Under the pieces are notes generated by a model that had not been told where the DNA came from, ran no database searches, and was given only the letters and a program-made list of their open reading frames with translations. Position numbers and translations under genes: made by a program. A stretch of DNA of 57,010 nt from Bacteroidota bacterium (lineage in GTDB: Bacteria; Bacteroidota; Bacteroidia; B-17B0; Aurantibacillaceae), in contig JAYVDU010000565.1 of the NCBI GenBank assembly GCA_043749245.1, forward strand, positions 1 to 57,010. The letters are read 5' to 3'. Shown piece by piece: positions 1 to 9,894 of this stretch (position 1 is the stretch's first letter; each line of letters starts with the position of its first letter).

Positions 1-195
1 GCTTATGAGCTATATACAAACCCTAAAAAATACTACGAGCGAGTTGGAAAAACAAAAACCTTAAAAGGATACGAAAAACAAATTCGTGAGAAACCTGTAC
101 TGTTAAAGAAAGCTACTAAAAAATCCTTCGACCTTCAAATCCCCTTAGATTCAGCTATTAAGCTCGATGCTATGAAATTGGGGGGCATATTATAA
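1..195 (+). CDS. 3' end of an unidentified chromosomal gene (partial, enters from the left edge)
   Basis: Frame 1 is open from base 1 to TAA at 193-195 (...KLDAMKLGGIL*). A strong hairpin follows. No family recognised. Confidence 0.4.
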   Translation, partial: AYELYTNPKKYYERVGKTKTLKGYEKQIREKPVLLKKATKKSFDLQIPLDSAIKLDAMKLGGIL

Positions 196-221
196 TAACG
201 TTTTTGTAAGTAAATAATATT

Positions 222-265
222 AAAACAAGAAAACCTAAACTATATAGTTTAGGTTTTCTTGTTTT
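222..265. terminator. Bidirectional intrinsic-terminator-like hairpin
   Basis: aaaacaagaaaacctaaac / tatata / gtttaggttttcttgtttt gives a 19-bp perfect stem with A/T runs on both sides. It lies between the partial gene and the att repeat. Confidence 0.6.
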
Positions 266-269
266 ATTC

Positions 270-285
270 TGTGGAGAATACCGGA
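270..285. repeat. attL: 16-bp direct repeat identical to the 3' end of tRNA-Ala at 48817-48832
   Basis: tgtggagaataccgga occurs at 270-285 and 48817-48832. The right copy forms the T-arm and acceptor 3' end of the tRNA. Confidence 0.75.
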
Positions 286-495
286 CTTTGCAGAGTTATT
301 TTTATTTAATTCATATTTACTATTTATTCCTTTATTCATAAGGCATATAGAGAATTTTACTTGAAATTTTATTTCTTATTTATTTCTTGTTTACTACTCT
401 TTTTGACCCCTACTCTGACCCCAAAGTGGGTATCTTTCTTTAAGAATAAACTATCTGTAGACTAACTTTGTAAATATAATATTAATACAATTGCA

Positions 496-1854
496 ATGAA
501 ACTAAAACTTAAAAGACCAGAACAAAAAGAATCTGTTTTAATGACAAGGATAATGATACATGGATTACCTATGAAGTTTTATACAGGTAAGACTATACAA
601 TGTAAAAATTGGTCTGAATCAAAACAAGAAGTTCTATCAAAAGAAGAAAATTACGAGTTAATAAACCTGTATCTTGATAATTGGAAAAGGGAGTTAAAAA
701 GAATTATTACAGAAATGCAAACCAATCAAATCAGACTTGACAAAGTCGAAATAGATAGCCAATTAGATAAATATTTCAAAAAAGAATTAGAATCTACGAA
801 GCAAGAAAATAAAATACATGATTTCATCAGTTTTATGGAATACTACAATGAAAAGAAGACAGATAGCAAAAGGAATTTACAAAGACTAAACCAAAATAAA
901 AAACACGTCATTTTAGCTTTTAATTTAATTACTAAGAAGCATTTATCTGAATGGGAAAAATTAGGCACTAAAGAAAAGTCAAGGACAACTCTAAAAGCAG
1001 ATTATAAATTACCTTTTGAAAACATTAACTTAAAATTTATAGAAAATTTTAGGCAGTATTTTATCAATACTACTTTTACAGTCAAAATAGATAGCCAATC
1101 TATAACACAACACTATAAAGTAAATTATAGAGATAAGCAAATAAATACCTTAAAGCAGTTTATTAGTACTGCTATGGATGAGGGCTATATTCAAAGATTT
1201 ACATGGAATAGTATAAAATCAGAAAAAAAAGATGTTGATACAATTTATACGGATTTTACAGAGATACAGAAGCTATATGATGAGCCATTAACCAAAGCTA
1301 CCGAAATATTAGTGAGGGATAAATATGTATTAAATTGTTTTTTGGGTATGAGATATAGTGATTTAAACAAATTAGAGCCTCATTTTTTTTCAAAGAAAGA
1401 AATAAAAGGAATAGAGTATTTAGTTTATACAGGCAGGGCTAAAAAAACCGACCATAAAATAGAATTTGCACTACATCCTATTGCACAAGGAATCTTAAAA
1501 AAATATGAGTACAATATTCCCAAGCTTTCAGCAAAAGAATTTAATTTGGTGCTGAAAATTATTACACATAAGGCAGGATTAAGAGGTTTGGAAAGAATAA
1601 GAGAAATTAGAGGAACTGAAATCATAGTAAAAGATATTCCTAAATATCAATTAATGAGTAGTCACGCAGGTCGTAGGAGTTTTTGTACGAATTTTTACAA
1701 TGAGGGTATTCCAATAGCCGCTATAATGAGTATTAGTGGACATCTGACAGAAATTGAATTTAGAAAATATATTAAAAAAGCTTCTGTTAGACTTGAAATA
1801 GTTGCCGAACAAATATCAGCCATAAAAGGAATTAGTCTTTCAAGGGTAGCATAA
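496..1854 (+). CDS. Tyrosine-type site-specific integrase (Bacteroidota phage-integrase family)
   Basis: C-terminal catalytic region contains SSHAGRRSFCTNF (H-x-x-R) and SISGHLTEIEFRKYI (H...Y). The N-terminal part is long, as in Bacteroidota integrases. It sits beside attL. Confidence 0.9.
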   Translation: MKLKLKRPEQKESVLMTRIMIHGLPMKFYTGKTIQCKNWSESKQEVLSKEENYELINLYLDNWKRELKRIITEMQTNQIRLDKVEIDSQLDKYFKKELESTKQENKIHDFISFMEYYNEKKTDSKRNLQRLNQNKKHVILAFNLITKKHLSEWEKLGTKEKSRTTLKADYKLPFENINLKFIENFRQYFINTTFTVKIDSQSITQHYKVNYRDKQINTLKQFISTAMDEGYIQRFTWNSIKSEKKDVDTIYTDFTEIQKLYDEPLTKATEILVRDKYVLNCFLGMRYSDLNKLEPHFFSKKEIKGIEYLVYTGRAKKTDHKIEFALHPIAQGILKKYEYNIPKLSAKEFNLVLKIITHKAGLRGLERIREIRGTEIIVKDIPKYQLMSSHAGRRSFCTNFYNEGIPIAAIMSISGHLTEIEFRKYIKKASVRLEIVAEQISAIKGISLSRVA

Positions 1855-1859
1855 AGTAA

Positions 1860-1892
1860 AGAGGTTGAATTGAAATTTACAATTCAACCTCT
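1860..1892. terminator. Bidirectional hairpin between convergent integrase and GNAT genes
   Basis: agaggttgaattg / aaattta / caattcaacctct gives a 13-bp perfect stem. Confidence 0.6.
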
Positions 1893-1899
1893 ATTAAAC

Positions 1900-2316
1900 T
1901 TAATTTACCTCTTTGTCATTATAACTATTCAATTCATTTTTTAAGTCTGATACATTAATAATCCAGTGTTTATTTTCTGAAACATTTTTGAAACCATATT
2001 TATTGGCAAAGTTAATTGCCTTTTCATTTGTTTGCTCAATTCCTATTTTTTCATAATTATATTTTTGAGCTTGATTTACTAAAAATGAAAGGAGTTTACG
2101 TCCATTTCCTTTTCTTTGTTCTTGAAAAGCTATACTTGCTATAACAAGGGTATCATCTTTCCATGGATTACAAATTGTTTTAAAACGAATGTACAATTCG
2201 ACTCTTTTTCTATTTACACCTAATGTATTACTATATCCTAACGTAGTAGGATCTGCTTTGTAATTAAAGTTGGTTTTTATAAACGAACTTAAATCATTTT
2301 GAAAATTTTGAATCAT
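1900..2316 (-). CDS. GNAT-family N-acetyltransferase
   Basis: Acetyl-CoA binding motif-A-like QEQRKGNGRKLLSFLV, then a YGF segment typical of GNAT. 138 aa. Confidence 0.75.
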   Translation of the reverse strand: MIQNFQNDLSSFIKTNFNYKADPTTLGYSNTLGVNRKRVELYIRFKTICNPWKDDTLVIASIAFQEQRKGNGRKLLSFLVNQAQKYNYEKIGIEQTNEKAINFANKYGFKNVSENKHWIINVSDLKNELNSYNDKEVN

Positions 2317-2502
2317 ATTTTTAAATTTTAAGGGTTTAAATAAAATTAAAGTATCTATTTGTCTACAGCAAATTATTTGTGTTAAAATTCAAATCGTCAT
2401 TTTTATATTTTTCAACTTTACATAAGAATAATGTTGTAACATAAAAATTATTGCAATGAATCTTTTTCTACCTTTGTCCTTCTTAAAAACAAAACCATGA
2501 CA

Positions 2503-2537
2503 AAAAAAAGAGGTAACAATTTGTTACCTCTTTTTTA
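2503..2537 (-). terminator. Hairpin downstream of the 570-aa ATPase gene
   Basis: aaaaaagaggtaacaa-t-ttgttacctctttttt, a GC-poor stem flanked by A and T runs. Confidence 0.45.
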
Positions 2538-2554
2538 TTTATATTAAAGCTTAA

Positions 2555-4267
2555 TCATTCTTTAATTAAATACTGACTAGCATGGTCGTAGATTAGCATT
2601 TCACCTGCGCCACCCCATCTGTTTTTATCATGCCCAGTTCTGATAACGCCATGCTCACCATATACCATGACATCGACAATATTTCGCCATTGCTCTTTAC
2701 CTTTGAACTCACCGTTTTTAATACCATGAGACACAATAATAAAAGATTGCTTGTTAAACTGTTCTTTTAATTTTAAAAACTCTGTTGTATCAATATCTAA
2801 GCTGTCTTTAGTATCTATGACTACAAAATCAAAGTCCGCAGGATTTAAGGTGTCGAGTTTACCTACTATACTATAATTATCCCCTGCCGAGATATTTAAT
2901 TGATTTAGTAATTTGGTAAAGGGAGGTGTATCAAACTGCTCGCCTGCAACATATAAAATCTTATAACCTAAAGTCGCCAAATGCTGAGTAAATAATAATG
3001 CAAAAGATGTTTTACCGCTACCACCACTACCATACACAAACAAATGAGTAGGTAAACAAATATCCCCTAACAAGGCTTTCCATTTATCACCCAAAGGAAC
3101 AGCATTATATTTTTTTTGTTTAACGTCATCCACACTCATTACCTGTGGTGTTTCTTCTACGCCATCTAATCCGTTCAAATGCTGTTTTTTATTTTTGGTA
3201 TTTTTTTGACAATCACAATTACAACCCAATGCACCATTTAAACCATTAAGCGTTTGCTGATGAATTTCTAAAGTTTCAACTTCTTTCGCTATTTCTATGA
3301 ATTTATTTAAAGCATTACCGACTTGCATCACATTGGAATAATAAGGGTCTGCTTTTGATATTTTATTAGTTTCAATAGCATCTAAAATTACGCCCAATAA
3401 TCTTTTAGCCTTATCTTTCGTTATATTTTTACCTTGTATGCTTATAAAGCGTTTTAAATACTGAGTAGATAACCTGATTCGGGCAGAGCCTACAATATCA
3501 GAAAATCGTTTAATGGTTGATGCCCCTAGTTCAAAGACTTGTTCATTACCCATCATACCATAAGCCGTTAGTAATTGTTTCTGTACCTGCATCACTTCGT
3601 TAGAATATTTAGATGTCTTACGGATGCGCTTTTCAATAATAGCTCTTTGTAAGGCATTGATAAAATTTAATATTTGAGTTTTGGTTCTGCTTTTTTCATG
3701 CAAGGATAAATAACGTTTTATAAATTTAATTTCGTCATCAATTCGTTCAAATGGCTTGCTATGGTCATAGCTAATCCGTACAGACGCAGACTTAGTTGCC
3801 CTACTTTCTGCTTTAATCTTTTTAGGTTTAGATTCGTTTTTAAGTTCATCGTAAATGGATTTTAATGAAAATGAAAAGTTGGTAGATTGATTTTTGATTT
3901 CATCTATAATTATTTTATGCTGTCGGATATTAATATGGTACTCTCCATTAGCAAGACCCATGTGACTTTTGTCAAGACTGTCGTAACTATCTCCTCTATG
4001 AACATAAGCCCTTATAAAATCTTTCGCATAACCTTTAGCGGTTGTTTCAGTGATTTCTTTTTGTGGTTTATGATTAAGTTGCTCATTTAGCAAAGCCACG
4101 TACTTATCAACCTTTACTTGTATGCCGACGTGTTGGTCGTAAAATTTCCACGTCGAATAGTTTTCGGTAGATTGTTGCACAAACAAAAACCCTTTTTTAA
4201 GATTTTCTGGCAGTTTTGAAAATGGAATGGTTTTTACCTTTTCAAAATAATTTTCTTTGGTTATCAT
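2555..4267 (-). CDS. Protein with C-terminal RecA/DnaB-fold P-loop ATPase domain (replication or packaging NTPase candidate)
   Basis: Walker A VYGSGGSGKTSFALLF and Walker B-like DFDFVVIDTKDS in the last ~170 aa. The N-terminal 400 aa are unrecognised. Carries LNGLNG and LNGLDG motifs at the domain boundary. Confidence 0.6.
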   Translation of the reverse strand: MITKENYFEKVKTIPFSKLPENLKKGFLFVQQSTENYSTWKFYDQHVGIQVKVDKYVALLNEQLNHKPQKEITETTAKGYAKDFIRAYVHRGDSYDSLDKSHMGLANGEYHINIRQHKIIIDEIKNQSTNFSFSLKSIYDELKNESKPKKIKAESRATKSASVRISYDHSKPFERIDDEIKFIKRYLSLHEKSRTKTQILNFINALQRAIIEKRIRKTSKYSNEVMQVQKQLLTAYGMMGNEQVFELGASTIKRFSDIVGSARIRLSTQYLKRFISIQGKNITKDKAKRLLGVILDAIETNKISKADPYYSNVMQVGNALNKFIEIAKEVETLEIHQQTLNGLNGALGCNCDCQKNTKNKKQHLNGLDGVEETPQVMSVDDVKQKKYNAVPLGDKWKALLGDICLPTHLFVYGSGGSGKTSFALLFTQHLATLGYKILYVAGEQFDTPPFTKLLNQLNISAGDNYSIVGKLDTLNPADFDFVVIDTKDSLDIDTTEFLKLKEQFNKQSFIIVSHGIKNGEFKGKEQWRNIVDVMVYGEHGVIRTGHDKNRWGGAGEMLIYDHASQYLIKE

Positions 4268-4279
4268 AATCGTTAGTAT

Positions 4280-4564
4280 TTAAAAATCCAAGTCGTCCGC
4301 TTTACTCATTAATTCTTTGAGTATATCGCTTTCGGTTTGTTGATTGATTTGAGTTTCAAATAGTGTATAAACCTTAACTGAAATAAAAGCATCAGTATGT
4401 TCAACTATTTTTTTATATCTATTTTGTTCGTTTTCTTTTGCATCCTGCCATAGAGCAAAGGTTTTTTCGTATTGACGAATAAGGTCAGCCAATTCGCCTG
4501 GCAATTTGTTGACTTGAACGTTGGCTTTATATAACCAATAGCTATAGCGTGGTGTGTAGCTCAT
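4280..4564 (-). CDS. Hypothetical protein
   Basis: 94-aa ORF, start/stop-coupled (ATGA overlap) to the upstream gene in a co-directional operon. Confidence 0.5.
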   Translation of the reverse strand: MSYTPRYSYWLYKANVQVNKLPGELADLIRQYEKTFALWQDAKENEQNRYKKIVEHTDAFISVKVYTLFETQINQQTESDILKELMSKADDLDF

Positions 4565-5517
4565 GAGTTTAAAAAATCGGAAATATCCTCAATAGTGTTA
4601 TTTATTTTATTGAGTGCTGCATCTTCACTAAACGTTCCACCAAAATAAAAACGATGCTTAGACGGTAAATTTTCGGTATATCCAGATTCTTCTAATAAGT
4701 TTCTTAATTGTGAGGCGTTCATCGGCAAACCTAAGCCAGAAGGTGTAGCCATATTGAAATTTTCAAAAGAGCAGATTACCCCTTTGAAAGCATCAAAGCG
4801 CATAAAGCGAGGGTCAGAGCTTAACAACGCAAGCACGTTTCTATCTAACGGTTCATCATATTGTTTAACAGGAACAATACACCCGATATATTTTTGTCTT
4901 GCTAAGTCAAGTGCAGAACCAATAACGATATTAATTTTGACTTTGATATTTGCCTTAATTAATAATTCAGCCATGATAACAGCCGATACCCCACCGTATA
5001 ACATTTCTTCGGCTTTCACTGAACCCGAAGCATCGCTGGAAATAAAAAACTCTACAGCGTGTTTGTCTCTTGATACTTCAGGGAAATAAGCAAACAGTTT
5101 TTTGGTGTTGGTTTTTACTTTTAAGTTATCAGAATACTCACTTTCTTTGGTTCGGTATAAAGACATAGCCGCTCTATCAAAACAAAACATTCCAAAACCT
5201 AAGTCATTAAATTTTAATTTTCTTGGTTGTAGTTTTTGAGTAATCGCAGGGTTTAGTTCATGGTTTACCTTTTGGTAAAGATTATCTAATAGTTCTGGGT
5301 CTTGATATTGTTTGATACCCTCTGCTAATTCTTTGTAAGTTGCTCCTGAGCCGAACCAATAATCATTGGCTTGAATCATTTTTTCAATATGGCTTTTGGT
5401 ATAGTTTACCTTATGTCCTGTGTTCTTAGGAGATAGATTAGCAAATGTTTCTTTAACCCATGCTTGATAATCCAAGAGGCTTTTAAAATCATCTTTTATA
5501 AGAGCGACTGGCTTCAT
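4561..5517 (-). CDS. vWA-like protein (partner of the adjacent AAA+ ATPase)
   Basis: MIDAS-like D-x-S-x-S in FFISSDASGSV. Overlaps by 1 nt the AAA+ gene upstream, the usual MoxR/CobS-vWA/CobT pairing. Confidence 0.5.
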   Translation of the reverse strand: MKPVALIKDDFKSLLDYQAWVKETFANLSPKNTGHKVNYTKSHIEKMIQANDYWFGSGATYKELAEGIKQYQDPELLDNLYQKVNHELNPAITQKLQPRKLKFNDLGFGMFCFDRAAMSLYRTKESEYSDNLKVKTNTKKLFAYFPEVSRDKHAVEFFISSDASGSVKAEEMLYGGVSAVIMAELLIKANIKVKINIVIGSALDLARQKYIGCIVPVKQYDEPLDRNVLALLSSDPRFMRFDAFKGVICSFENFNMATPSGLGLPMNASQLRNLLEESGYTENLPSKHRFYFGGTFSEDAALNKINNTIEDISDFLNS

Positions 5518-6836
5518 TAAAATTCAATAAATTGGGTTATGATTTTTTTTCTATACTCGTACTGTTCAAACAGTTTGGTATATCGAATTTTATCTTTCAC
5601 ATTGTTTTGTTGCAGTTTTGTAAAGGTTGATAAATAGCAGTCTAAGGCACTTTTAAACGTTTTACCCTCATTCGCTTGTATGCCATTTGGTTTATTGCTT
5701 TTTAAACGTTGCATTTCAAGAGCAAAGGCATCACGAGCTGTTTGCATAAAACGTAAGGATAATTGCGCTTCATATTTCAATTCTTCGATCACGCTTCTTA
5801 CTTTATCGCAAATGCTCCATAACATATCATTTTGTATGATTTGCCTTTCAATGGCAGGATTCTTTTCTACAAAATATACCGACCCCGAAAAGCGGTCTAA
5901 GAGCGACAAATCCTGTTTGTTGTTTGCACCATAACTCATACTTTCTTTATTGGGGTAAATATTACCTGTGGCAATACAAGCAAAATCTGGGTGTTTGGTA
6001 AAACTTTCTTTGCGTGCATTAAAAATAATAGCTTCACTTAACTTGGTTTTTGAAAGCGCATCATTAAATAAACCTGCTGTATTGGGGTCTATCTTAGGTA
6101 ATTCATCTAAGATTAACACCCAGCCATTTTTCCATGCTTCAATGAGTTTTCCCTCTACATAACCGTCCATTGTTTGACCACCTATAATTTCAGTAGGCGA
6201 AGTCCACTGTGAACAGTTAATGGTAATATATTGCCTGGCTAAAGCATTTCTACTGATTAAATTTTCTGCTGTAAAGGATTTTCCTGTACCTGCTCCGCCA
6301 ACTAAAAATACATTGTTGCCCATCATCAAATCATCTACCATTTGCTGAAATTCCTCAATGGGCGGTTTGGTAAAAGCGGGTAGGGTACGTTCGGGAAGTT
6401 CGTAACTCATGACGATTGGCAAAGAGGTAAATCGTTTTTGAACATCGCTGTCTAAATCACTGTAATGAATTTTTATTTTTTTTACGGATTCATTAACTAA
6501 TGCTTCGATGTGTTCTTTATCCTGTGTTTGCGAAACAGGATTATTAATATTGCCTTTTAGGATTTCAAACAATTGCTCAAACTCACTTTCCAAAGTACCA
6601 TTTGTTTTTTTTAAAGAACTTGGTTTGGTCGTTGCATTTTTAGGTTTGGTTGTATGTGTTTGCCCTTCGTGTCTTTCATCTATGGCTTTAAAATCCATGA
6701 GCATGGTATCTAAGTTTTGTGCAACTGTATTTTCAACAGTAAAGTTTTTACTTAAATTTTTCACCATATTAAAACGCTTGAGCGTATTTTGATCCGACTG
6801 TAAAAAATAAGCTGTGTGATTTTTCGACTGATACAT
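5517..6836 (-). CDS. AAA+ ATPase, MoxR/CobS (AAA_5)-like
   Basis: Walker A FLVGGAGTGKSF, Walker B VLILDELPK, sensor region IATGN...LLDRF. Confidence 0.8.
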   Translation of the reverse strand: MYQSKNHTAYFLQSDQNTLKRFNMVKNLSKNFTVENTVAQNLDTMLMDFKAIDERHEGQTHTTKPKNATTKPSSLKKTNGTLESEFEQLFEILKGNINNPVSQTQDKEHIEALVNESVKKIKIHYSDLDSDVQKRFTSLPIVMSYELPERTLPAFTKPPIEEFQQMVDDLMMGNNVFLVGGAGTGKSFTAENLISRNALARQYITINCSQWTSPTEIIGGQTMDGYVEGKLIEAWKNGWVLILDELPKIDPNTAGLFNDALSKTKLSEAIIFNARKESFTKHPDFACIATGNIYPNKESMSYGANNKQDLSLLDRFSGSVYFVEKNPAIERQIIQNDMLWSICDKVRSVIEELKYEAQLSLRFMQTARDAFALEMQRLKSNKPNGIQANEGKTFKSALDCYLSTFTKLQQNNVKDKIRYTKLFEQYEYRKKIITQFIEF

Positions 6837-6848
6837 GATTTCCTTATT

Positions 6849-8789
6849 TTAATGAATGTTCCAAACAGCAGGGTAGGTGATGTCTTTATCTGTTCCGTCC
6901 AATTCGTTTAAGTTTTGTTTCTTTTGTTTGAGTTCGATTTCCATTTTTAAAAGTTCGATTTCAGCTAAAGCTTCTAATTCGAGTTGTTCAATTTTATTCT
7001 GCATTTCATCGTCATTATTTTCTTCTTCTGTTTCTTCATCTTCTGTTTCTTCCAAATCGTCTATATCTCTAAATTCGATTAATGAAGAATCCTGATTGAT
7101 GGCTACAATGCGGACTGCGACCCCTGTTTGATTAAAGGCATCTTTAAATGCACCTTGTATTTTATCACTGACAAAAGCGTTAGTATTCATCAATAGTTCT
7201 CTAAACGCTTTTTCTTTTTGAAAACTTCTGAAAAACACACCCTCACTCATAATGGCAACTAAACGCCCTCCTTTGTTTAATAAGGATAAGGCGTGTAATA
7301 CATGGTCTATATCCTGCCCTTTTTCAAAAGGCGGGTTCATAATGATTTTATCAAATGTTTGGTGGAGGTTTAAAAAATCAGTTCCAACTAATTCATAACC
7401 TTTGAGTGTCAACAGCTCTCTTAAATTGTAATGGATTTCACAAGCAGATAATGTAACGGTATCATTAAATTGTTCTTGGATAGCGTCCAATATATCACCC
7501 TTCCCTGCGGATGGTTCTAAAATGCTCTCTCCTTTTTTTACTTCTGCTATACTGATTAGTTCATCAATTATTTTTTTAGGAGTAGGAAAAAAGCCATCAA
7601 TTTTTTGTGATTTGATTTTTATTTCCAGTTCTTCTATTTGACGTTGTTTCTCGCTTTGTTGTTGAACGGCTCGGTCTGAAAATTTCTTAATCAAATCAAG
7701 GCGTTGTACGTTCGCTATTGACCAATCGTAAATGCTATTAATACCTAAGGAACGAAAAGCAGTTAGTTGGTGGTCAAAAACACTTTGTAAATAATGAGCT
7801 TCGTGTTGTTTGCCGTATGTATCTGTGAACTTATTAATTAATTCTACTTGGGACTTCGTTTGTATATGTTGTAAAATATTAAATTCTTGGATTCTACCTG
7901 TTAGATGCGCTTTTGATAAGGCATATAATACATTTTGAATATTTAGTAAATAATATCCGTCTTGCCTCATACCAGAGGCTACTCGTAATCGTTTAGCGGT
8001 AGGTCGTTGCCTTGAGGTAGCAGAATTTAATTTGGCATCAATTTGTTTTTGCATCCCTTCTGCCATTGCTTTAAATTTCTCAGCTAAGGCTTTATTAGGT
8101 TTGCTTGTACTTGGTTTTTCTTCTGTGTTTGTGTCTTCGTTATTTTCGTTTTCTGTTTCTTCTTGTTCGCTTTCTTCTCCATCTTCCCCTATTATTTTAT
8201 TATAAAATTTTTTAAATTTTAATTGGTCATTATAAATAACGGCCTGTACATTGGTTTTACTTTCCAATTTTTTTTTATTCCAATAAAATTGTGGCGGTGT
8301 TCCACTCACCATAAATTCGGTGTAGTTGGTGAGCTTGTTATAAAAATCCATAGAGCGAATACTTGTCCAAAAATGACGTTTTTCATATTGGGTATCGTCT
8401 GCTTCTATTTCGTTGTCTATTAAATACGCTACTAATTCTCTTGCTTTAGGCGTGTCTATTGCATACCATATTGTTTGTTTTTCAGAAAACTGAAAATCAT
8501 GTTCTTTTAATTTTGTTCGTAATTCTTCGGTCGGACGCACCTTACCAAAACGTAATTCAATGCCATCTGGTGCTTTTTTTCCTGATTTAGAAGTACGGGC
8601 GTTATTGTATGTGATGTCAGGTTTAAATTTGATGACCCCCGATAATTCGTTATTCTCTTTATTGGCATTTAACTCTTTAGCATGAGAAAGCCTTGCCGCT
8701 AAATCTAAATCAAAATCGTCTTGTAATACCTCAGATAAGGCTTGTACAGGGGAATGGTTTTGATTATCAGGAGAAGACAAGGCTTTCAT
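6849..8789 (-). CDS. Large DNA N6-adenine methyltransferase with unassigned N-terminal domain and acidic tail
   Basis: AdoMet motif I ILEPSAGKGDIL comes before catalytic motif IV IIMNPPFEKG. There are acidic low-complexity stretches. C-terminus carries LNELDG. Confidence 0.8.
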   Translation of the reverse strand: MKALSSPDNQNHSPVQALSEVLQDDFDLDLAARLSHAKELNANKENNELSGVIKFKPDITYNNARTSKSGKKAPDGIELRFGKVRPTEELRTKLKEHDFQFSEKQTIWYAIDTPKARELVAYLIDNEIEADDTQYEKRHFWTSIRSMDFYNKLTNYTEFMVSGTPPQFYWNKKKLESKTNVQAVIYNDQLKFKKFYNKIIGEDGEESEQEETENENNEDTNTEEKPSTSKPNKALAEKFKAMAEGMQKQIDAKLNSATSRQRPTAKRLRVASGMRQDGYYLLNIQNVLYALSKAHLTGRIQEFNILQHIQTKSQVELINKFTDTYGKQHEAHYLQSVFDHQLTAFRSLGINSIYDWSIANVQRLDLIKKFSDRAVQQQSEKQRQIEELEIKIKSQKIDGFFPTPKKIIDELISIAEVKKGESILEPSAGKGDILDAIQEQFNDTVTLSACEIHYNLRELLTLKGYELVGTDFLNLHQTFDKIIMNPPFEKGQDIDHVLHALSLLNKGGRLVAIMSEGVFFRSFQKEKAFRELLMNTNAFVSDKIQGAFKDAFNQTGVAVRIVAINQDSSLIEFRDIDDLEETEDEETEEENNDDEMQNKIEQLELEALAEIELLKMEIELKQKKQNLNELDGTDKDITYPAVWNIH

Positions 8790-8799
8790 GCTTCAATCG

Positions 8800-9066
8800 T
8801 TAGTCAATGATGCGTTTACCTTTTTTGCGTTGGTAAGCCAAAATTGCTTTTTGTAATTTCAAAGGCAGTTTCTTTTTTTGTTTGTCAGTTAAACGGAATG
8901 TTCCATCTGTACCATTTAAACAGCCTTTTGATTTACGTTTTGCTTTTTCACGTTTACCGTCTTTACTTAGTACACTTCCTGATTTTGAAGTGCCTTTGGT
9001 TGCCAATAAATGCCCTGCTTCGCTGATGCGAAAAGAGGGTCGGCAATTGGTTTTTTTCTTTGTCAT
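8800..9066 (-). CDS. Small highly basic protein (possible DNA-binding/core protein)
   Basis: 88 aa, rich in K/R (KREKAKRKSKG, KQKKKLPLK). Contains LNGTDG. Confidence 0.5.
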   Translation of the reverse strand: MTKKKTNCRPSFRISEAGHLLATKGTSKSGSVLSKDGKREKAKRKSKGCLNGTDGTFRLTDKQKKKLPLKLQKAILAYQRKKGKRIID

Positions 9067-9094
9067 GATATTGATTTTTTAGATGTGGTGATAA

Positions 9095-9670
9095 TTAGAT
9101 ATACTTTAATAATTCTCGGTCGTCCCAACGATTAATCAACTTGCTATTTCCATTTGCCCATGTGGTAACATTAACATCGCCTTTGCGTTCTATCCGCTGA
9201 ATTGCCCACGCTAAATCACTACTAGCTGTTCCTATTGCGGCATAACCTTTATAGATAATTCCTACACCTCCATCATCCACTAACAAAGGTTCGTTAAGGG
9301 TTTGGTCGTTCATACTATTCAATACACCTTTTACATTTTGTAACTCCGTATTGATTCCGCCAAGTAATTGGATTTCTTGATTTTGTTTGGTTTCAGTTGC
9401 AGCACCTACTAAACCTGCGCCTCCCCCTGATGTAGATGGCAATAAGTTATTTATGGCATCTCGCAAAGCTTCTGCATTTGCTGTTATGGGGCTTGTAACA
9501 TTGGCAAATGGAATGTAGATGTTATACAACGCTCCCATACGAATATCTATCTTAATGATATTGGTTTTGATGACAGCTATTTCAACAATTTGTGATTTAG
9601 CAATATTTCTGATTTGTGCGCCAATGGTTAGTTTTATACTTGCTCCATTGTCTGTGATTGTTGTTTCCAT
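9095..9670 (-). CDS. Hypothetical protein (structural candidate)
   Basis: 191-aa ORF co-directional with the module. Beta-rich ends with a Gly-rich central linker SGGGAGLVGA. Confidence 0.5.
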   Translation of the reverse strand: METTITDNGASIKLTIGAQIRNIAKSQIVEIAVIKTNIIKIDIRMGALYNIYIPFANVTSPITANAEALRDAINNLLPSTSGGGAGLVGAATETKQNQEIQLLGGINTELQNVKGVLNSMNDQTLNEPLLVDDGGVGIIYKGYAAIGTASSDLAWAIQRIERKGDVNVTTWANGNSKLINRWDDRELLKYI

Positions 9671-9690
9671 AGTCTGATTGTTTTTAATGA

Positions 9691-9858
9691 TTACTTTTTT
9701 TTTGTGGTTACTTGTGCGATAATTTCACCTACCCATGCTCCTATAAAACCGCCTATCATTGTATAGGGAACGACATCTTTTTCATGCGTTCTCCCATAGT
9801 AATAACAAGCCAAAGAGCCAATGAGAGTGAAGGTGGATACCAATGTTTTTTCTTTCAT
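9691..9858 (-). CDS. Small membrane protein (55 aa, below the ORF-track cutoff)
   Basis: My translation: MKEKTLVSTFTLIGSLACYYYGRTHEKDVVPYTMIGGFIGAWVGEIIAQVTTKKK*. Two hydrophobic segments. It fills the gap between co-directional genes. Confidence 0.4.
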   Translation of the reverse strand: MKEKTLVSTFTLIGSLACYYYGRTHEKDVVPYTMIGGFIGAWVGEIIAQVTTKKK

Positions 9859-9894
9859 GCGTCGATAATTTGTTTGTTATTATTCTTATATATT

